Both the position numbers and the translations under genes were made by a program. The notes beneath the pieces are model-generated. The model was given only the letters and a program-made list of their open reading frames with translations, ran no database searches and was not told where the DNA came from. From an uncultured Desulfosarcina sp. (GTDB lineage: Bacteria; Desulfobacterota; Desulfobacteria; Desulfobacterales; Desulfosarcinaceae): DNA of 64,000 nt. Shown piece by piece: positions 59,852-64,000 of this stretch. Positions within the stretch are counted from its first letter, which is position 1. Each line of letters begins with the position of its first letter. Location of the stretch: assembly GCA_963674945.2 (NCBI GenBank), contig CAXXWQ010000002.1, forward strand, positions 256,001 through 320,000, read 5' to 3'.

Positions 59852-60649
59852 TTAAATATAAAAAAGTAACGATATCAATATGTTAAATACAAGGCAATAG
59901 AAAAAGCAGTCAACGGCGGCCCGGGACGTGGCAACCGGCACATGGGTGATTCGTGCTTCACAGTTCAGGCCATGGTACAGGCAGGTAACGGTGATCAAGA
60001 CACCATCGCCGATGCCCTTGAGCAAACCGGCTGCGATGTCGGAACCCATGACGCCTTTTGCAATCTGCTGAAAAAAGCCTTCGATGGGCAGCATCGTCAC
60101 ACTTTTAACGATGACGTAACCCCCGATGATGGCCATGAGATCGAAAACCAGAATCAGACTGACAACGGCCGTGGTAATGCCGATCAATCGTGGGAAGCAG
60201 ACGAGATGAAACGGGTCGATACCGGACATCTCCAGCGCGTCGATCTCATGGAGAACATTCATGTATGACGTCTCGATGGTGACCGCAGTAGCGGATCGAA
60301 GGATTACGATAATGGCCGTAATGAGGGGACCGATTTCCCGAAGCACAAGCAATACCACCAGCTTCCCCAGATCCACCTGGCCGGACAACTGGGAAAACTG
60401 GACGATCAAGGTGCTGCCGATGATCAGGGCGATGGGAATGATGACGGGAAGTGCCTGAACTGCGGTGAAGTAGATCTGTTCGATGATCACCCGTTTAATC
60501 ATGCTTCGGCCTTTTTTCGGCAGTGGAAGGGCGATATCGGTGAGGCGATAGGTCAGCGCACACAGATCCATCAGGCGGTTGGCGGAATCAATGGCCCTTC
60601 TTCCCAAGGCATCTATCCAATTCCCAATTTTACGATTCGCGATGGCCAT
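59852..60649 (-). CDS. MlaE family ABC permease
   Basis: QIYFTAVQALP, REIGPLITAII..LRSATA, EIDALE.SGIDP, PR. Confidence 0.88.
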   Translation of the reverse strand: MAIANRKIGNWIDALGRRAIDSANRLMDLCALTYRLTDIALPLPKKGRSMIKRVIIEQIYFTAVQALPVIIPIALIIGSTLIVQFSQLSGQVDLGKLVVLLVLREIGPLITAIIVILRSATAVTIETSYMNVLHEIDALEMSGIDPFHLVCFPRLIGITTAVVSLILVFDLMAIIGGYVIVKSVTMLPIEGFFQQIAKGVMGSDIAAGLLKGIGDGVLITVTCLYHGLNCEARITHVPVATSRAAVDCFFYCLVFNILISLLFYI

Positions 60650-60919
60650 GTGATGTATATTTTTGGTATGTTCCTGGTGTATGGGCAAATGAGGGACGAA
60701 GGACGATGGAAGCGGGATGAAAAGCGATCGCTTTTGCTCGTCCCTCATCCTTCTTTCTTCGTTTTCATACCCCTCGAATACTAGAAGAAGGCCGTGAGTC
60801 CACCGCCAGCAAGGTCCAAATGCGGTTATCCCGAGGGATCGAAGCACCCTTGTTGACTTATCCGATTTCTTACAATATATTTTCCATGTCGGTCAATAGA
60901 ATAGGGTAACTATCAAGAA

Positions 60920-61822
60920 TTGAAAGTAAATTTCATACTTCTGCGAATTTTTCCATTTGCATTGTTGCTCCTTTTTCCGGTGGCTTTGTTCGGTTTGCAC
61001 GTTGGCAGGTTTGTCCAGGTTTTGGATACGGGACAAATCGTCTGGTGCAAAAGCATCGTCCGGGCCCGCGGTGTTGCCGCTCCCGCCACGGCCCACGGAG
61101 ATGGAGATACGGGTGTCGATTCGCCTCCGGACACACTCCAGGCCGCGCGGCGAATCGCCGAGGCCAACCTATTGGAGACCGTCGGTACCATCCGTATCGA
61201 TTCCCGATTACGGGTTGTGGATCGAATGGCGCAAGACAACGCCTTTCGTACCGGTTTGACCACATTGATTCAAAATGCGTCACTTACCCACCAGGAGTAT
61301 CTTTCCGATGGCACCGTGGAGGTCGAATTGGAAATGAGCATTACCGGGGGATTCGCCCAGTTCGTGCTGCCAGAGGAGATTCGACAGGTGGATTCGGTCA
61401 CGACCGTCACCAACACCAAACCGGAAGATCGTCAGCGGGCCACACCCATGAAGACGGCTGAGAGCGAACCTTATACAGGATTGATATTGGATGCCACCGG
61501 CATCGATGCACAACCCGCATTGGTACCGGTCGTGGTCGATGAATTGGGTGATGTTGTCTACGGTCCCGCCTTCGTCAGTCGCGAATTTGCCGTTTCCCGT
61601 GGTATGTGCGCCTTTTCGGCCTCTTTGGAATCGGCCCGCGACGACCGGCGCGTTGGGCCCCATCCACTCGTCATAAAAGCCTTGCGAACCGCTTCGTCCG
61701 GTGCGACGGATTTGGTGATTTCCACCGCCGATGCGGCACGATTGCGAAGCTCGGTTGATCATTTAAATTTTTTGAAGGCCTGCCGCGTGAGTATCGTGAT
61801 GGCACCGAAAGAGGTTCCATGA
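60920..61822 (+). CDS. Conserved hypothetical exported protein (LPP20-like N-terminal region)
   Basis: Hydrophobic N-terminus; AARR.A.ANLLE, YTGLILDATG, P.VVDE.G.VVYGP. Confidence 0.65.
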   Translation: MKVNFILLRIFPFALLLLFPVALFGLHVGRFVQVLDTGQIVWCKSIVRARGVAAPATAHGDGDTGVDSPPDTLQAARRIAEANLLETVGTIRIDSRLRVVDRMAQDNAFRTGLTTLIQNASLTHQEYLSDGTVEVELEMSITGGFAQFVLPEEIRQVDSVTTVTNTKPEDRQRATPMKTAESEPYTGLILDATGIDAQPALVPVVVDELGDVVYGPAFVSREFAVSRGMCAFSASLESARDDRRVGPHPLVIKALRTASSGATDLVISTADAARLRSSVDHLNFLKACRVSIVMAPKEVP

Positions 61823-61878
61823 TCCGCTTAGCTGCAATTGTCCGACAATGTGTCAACGCATATCCATAAGGAGATATC

Positions 61879-62256
61879 ATGGCTCAACGCATCCGGCTCG
61901 TATATTTTGCCTTTTCCCTGGTTGTCCTGGGGATTGTCTTGGGCGCTTGTGGCCCCGACACCATTTTTCTCAGGCCAACGCTGGATACACCCGCCCAGCA
62001 TGTGAAAAATGGTCACAATCTTCTGGAACGGGAAAAAATCGATGCAGCCCATGCCGAATTCATGCGAGCTAAGGGATTGGATGATACCTATTGCCCGGCT
62101 TATGTCGGTCTCGCTTTGGTTCAGGGGCTTCGCGGAGACGTGGATGAAGGGCTGGCGATTTTAGATCAGGCGCGCGACCTGGCGAAGACACCGGAAGAGA
62201 TCAAAGCGGTGGAAGAGGGGGCGTTACGATTAAAAGCAATGCGGCCGGGGCAATGA
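61879..62256 (+). CDS. TPR-like lipoprotein
   Basis: LGAC lipobox, AYVGLALV; AAGGAG RBS. Confidence 0.75.
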   Translation: MAQRIRLVYFAFSLVVLGIVLGACGPDTIFLRPTLDTPAQHVKNGHNLLEREKIDAAHAEFMRAKGLDDTYCPAYVGLALVQGLRGDVDEGLAILDQARDLAKTPEEIKAVEEGALRLKAMRPGQ

Positions 62257-62304
62257 GAATTCTCTTTTATAAATGAAAATGCCGTAACCAAAATTAAAAA
62301 AAGG

Positions 62305-62363
62305 AGAATCCAGGAGTCAGAATGATTCAGCGTTCGATGTTGGAAGTTCGATGTTCTACGTTC
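62305..62363. repeat. Family B arm fragment followed by GTTCGAT-type heptamers
   Basis: AGAATCCAGGAGTCAGAAT ... GTTCGATGTTGGAAGTTCGATGTTCTACGTTC. Confidence 0.55.
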
Positions 62364-62377
62364 ATTCCTCCGGTTTC

Positions 62378-62399
62378 AAGCCCCCTTCGGAGGGGGCTT
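62378..62399. terminator. Hairpin downstream of ahcY
   Basis: AAGCCCCCT-TCGG-AGGGGGCTT. Confidence 0.6.
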
Positions 62400-62429
62400 C
62401 ATCAAACTGCCCGCTCAGCGGGTGATTTA

Positions 62430-63884
62430 CTAGTAGCGGTAGTGGTCCGCCTTGAATGGTCCCTCAACGGGAACGCCCAGATAGTCCGCCTGAACCTGCG
62501 TGAGGGTGGACAACTTGACACCCAGTCGATTCAGGTGGAGGCGAGCGACCTCCTCATCGAGCTTCTTCGGCAGCGTATACACTTTCTTTTCGTGGTCGAC
62601 GGATGCCAACTCGATCTGGGCTAGGCATTGGTTGGTAAAACTATTGCTCATGACGAAACTGGGATGGCCTGTTGCGCAGCCCAGGTTCACCAGCCGACCT
62701 TCTGCCAGCATGATGATGGAACGGCCCGAGGCCAGTGTCCATTTATCCACCTGGGGTTTGATGGGGGTCTTTTTGCAAACGTCGCTTTTATCCAGGTACT
62801 CCATGTCGATCTCATTGTCGAAGTGACCGATATTGCAAACGATCGCTTCATTCTTCATCTGTTCCATGTGCTCGCCGAGGATGACTTTATAGCAACCGGT
62901 GGCGGTCACGAAAATATCGCCGATGGGTGCAGCGTCTTCCATGGTGGTCACTTGGAAACCCTCCAAAACAGCCTGCAGGGCACAGATGGGATCGACCTCG
63001 GTGACCAGCACGCGGGCACCATAGCCGCGCATGGATTGGGCACATCCCTTGCCCACATCACCGTATCCGCACACAACGACCACTTTGCCGGCCATCATGA
63101 TGTCCGTCGCCCGCTTGATGCCGTCGGCGAGGGACTCACGGCAGCCATACAGGTTGTCGAATTTTGATTTGGTGACCGAATCGTTGACGTTGAAAGCGGG
63201 AAAGAGAAGCTCATTCTTTTGGGCCAGCTGATAGAGTCGATGGACGCCGGTTGTGGTCTCTTCGGAAACCCCACGGATCTTTGCGGCGATACGTTGCCAG
63301 AACCCGTTGTCCTTCTCAAAGCTCGCTTTGAGTCGTTCCATCAAAAGACGCATGTCCTCGGAATTGTAGTCTTTTTCCAGCAGGGAGGGGTCATTTTCGA
63401 CGGCCACTCCCTGGTGGACGAACAACGTGGCGTCACCACCGTCGTCGACGATCAAATCCGGTCCGCTTCCATCCGGCCACACCAGCGCCTGCTCGGTACA
63501 CCACCAGTACTCCGCCAAATTTTCCCCCTTCCAGGCAAATACGGCGGCCGATCCCTTTCGGGCGATGGCCGCGGCCGCGTGGTCCTGGGTGGAAAAGATG
63601 TTGCAGGATGCCCAACGAATATCCGCGCCAAGCGTTTTCAACGTATCGATGAGCATGGCGGTTTGGATGGTCATGTGCAGGCTGCCGGTAACCTTCATCC
63701 CCTTGAGGGGCTTGTCCGGTCCGTATTTTTCCCGAACGGCCATCAGGCCGGGCATTTCGTTTTCAGCCAGTTGCATCTCCTTGTCACCGAAATCGGCGAG
63801 GGTCATGTCGGCGACTTTATGGGACAGTGAACCGTCATAGGCCATGGGGCCTTCCAGGTTCACCACTTTCTCAGCGATTTTCAT
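62430..63884 (-). CDS. ahcY: S-adenosylhomocysteine hydrolase
   Basis: [56 protein letters not shown]. Confidence 0.97.
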   Translation of the reverse strand: MKIAEKVVNLEGPMAYDGSLSHKVADMTLADFGDKEMQLAENEMPGLMAVREKYGPDKPLKGMKVTGSLHMTIQTAMLIDTLKTLGADIRWASCNIFSTQDHAAAAIARKGSAAVFAWKGENLAEYWWCTEQALVWPDGSGPDLIVDDGGDATLFVHQGVAVENDPSLLEKDYNSEDMRLLMERLKASFEKDNGFWQRIAAKIRGVSEETTTGVHRLYQLAQKNELLFPAFNVNDSVTKSKFDNLYGCRESLADGIKRATDIMMAGKVVVVCGYGDVGKGCAQSMRGYGARVLVTEVDPICALQAVLEGFQVTTMEDAAPIGDIFVTATGCYKVILGEHMEQMKNEAIVCNIGHFDNEIDMEYLDKSDVCKKTPIKPQVDKWTLASGRSIIMLAEGRLVNLGCATGHPSFVMSNSFTNQCLAQIELASVDHEKKVYTLPKKLDEEVARLHLNRLGVKLSTLTQVQADYLGVPVEGPFKADHYRY

Positions 63885-63904
63885 TTCTTATTCCTCCGTA
63901 TCGG

Positions 63905-64000
63905 CTATAAACCGGCTTTTTCGCGAATGATTTCCGCTTTGTTTGTATGCTCCCATGAAAACTCCGGTTCGCTTCTCCCGAAGTGACCATAAGCGGCGGT
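63905..64000 (-). CDS. metK: S-adenosylmethionine synthetase, 3' end only
   Basis: Manual translation: [31 protein letters not shown], the MetK C-terminal signature. Confidence 0.88.
   Translation of the reverse strand, partial: TAAYGHFGRSEPEFSWEHTNKAEIIREKAGL

Noticed and set aside
63885..64000. SAH/SAM riboswitch upstream of ahcY
   Set aside because: The region is the 3' coding end of metK.

Overview
Bacterial chromosomal DNA. Gene content and style suggest a Desulfobacterota (Desulfosarcina/Desulfobacterales-like) sulfate reducer; this is an inference, not a measurement. No rRNA, tRNA, CRISPR array, integrase or transposase was recognised. Left to right: (1) a sigma54 enhancer-binding protein (cut by the window edge), dksA and a small gene behind a sigma54 promoter. 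(2) A divergent, translationally coupled operon: PLP threonine-synthase-like enzyme, DUF1611/DgcN-like protein, a 787-aa PP-loop-ATPase/creatininase fusion, an L-Ala-D/L-Glu-epimerase-like enzyme and an MFS transporter. This is the best candidate for an undescribed pathway (D-amino-acid or modified amino-acid/peptide metabolism). (3) A ~20-kb accessory cell-envelope region: TolB-N/TPR regulator plus small partner, vWA-OmpA, two DUF1254/DUF1214 proteins, an arylsulfatase, four outer-membrane beta-barrels, lipoproteins and a diguanylate cyclase, with several gene relics. (4) An AT-rich LysR/OsmC pair. (5) Lrp-gcvT-gcvH-gcvPA-gcvPB-lipB-lipA. (6) Orphan motAB, cls and a PstS-like protein. (7) Two atypical Hsp70s. 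(8) HDOD / hybrid kinase / receiver / DAG-kinase genes. (9) An ADP-ribosylglycohydrolase, an mlaE-F-D-like operon with a degenerate ATPase, ahcY and the 3' end of metK. At least four families of short inverted-repeat (MITE/ERIC-like or heptamer-built) elements lie in intergenic regions. All family assignments come from motif recognition by eye, without database searches.
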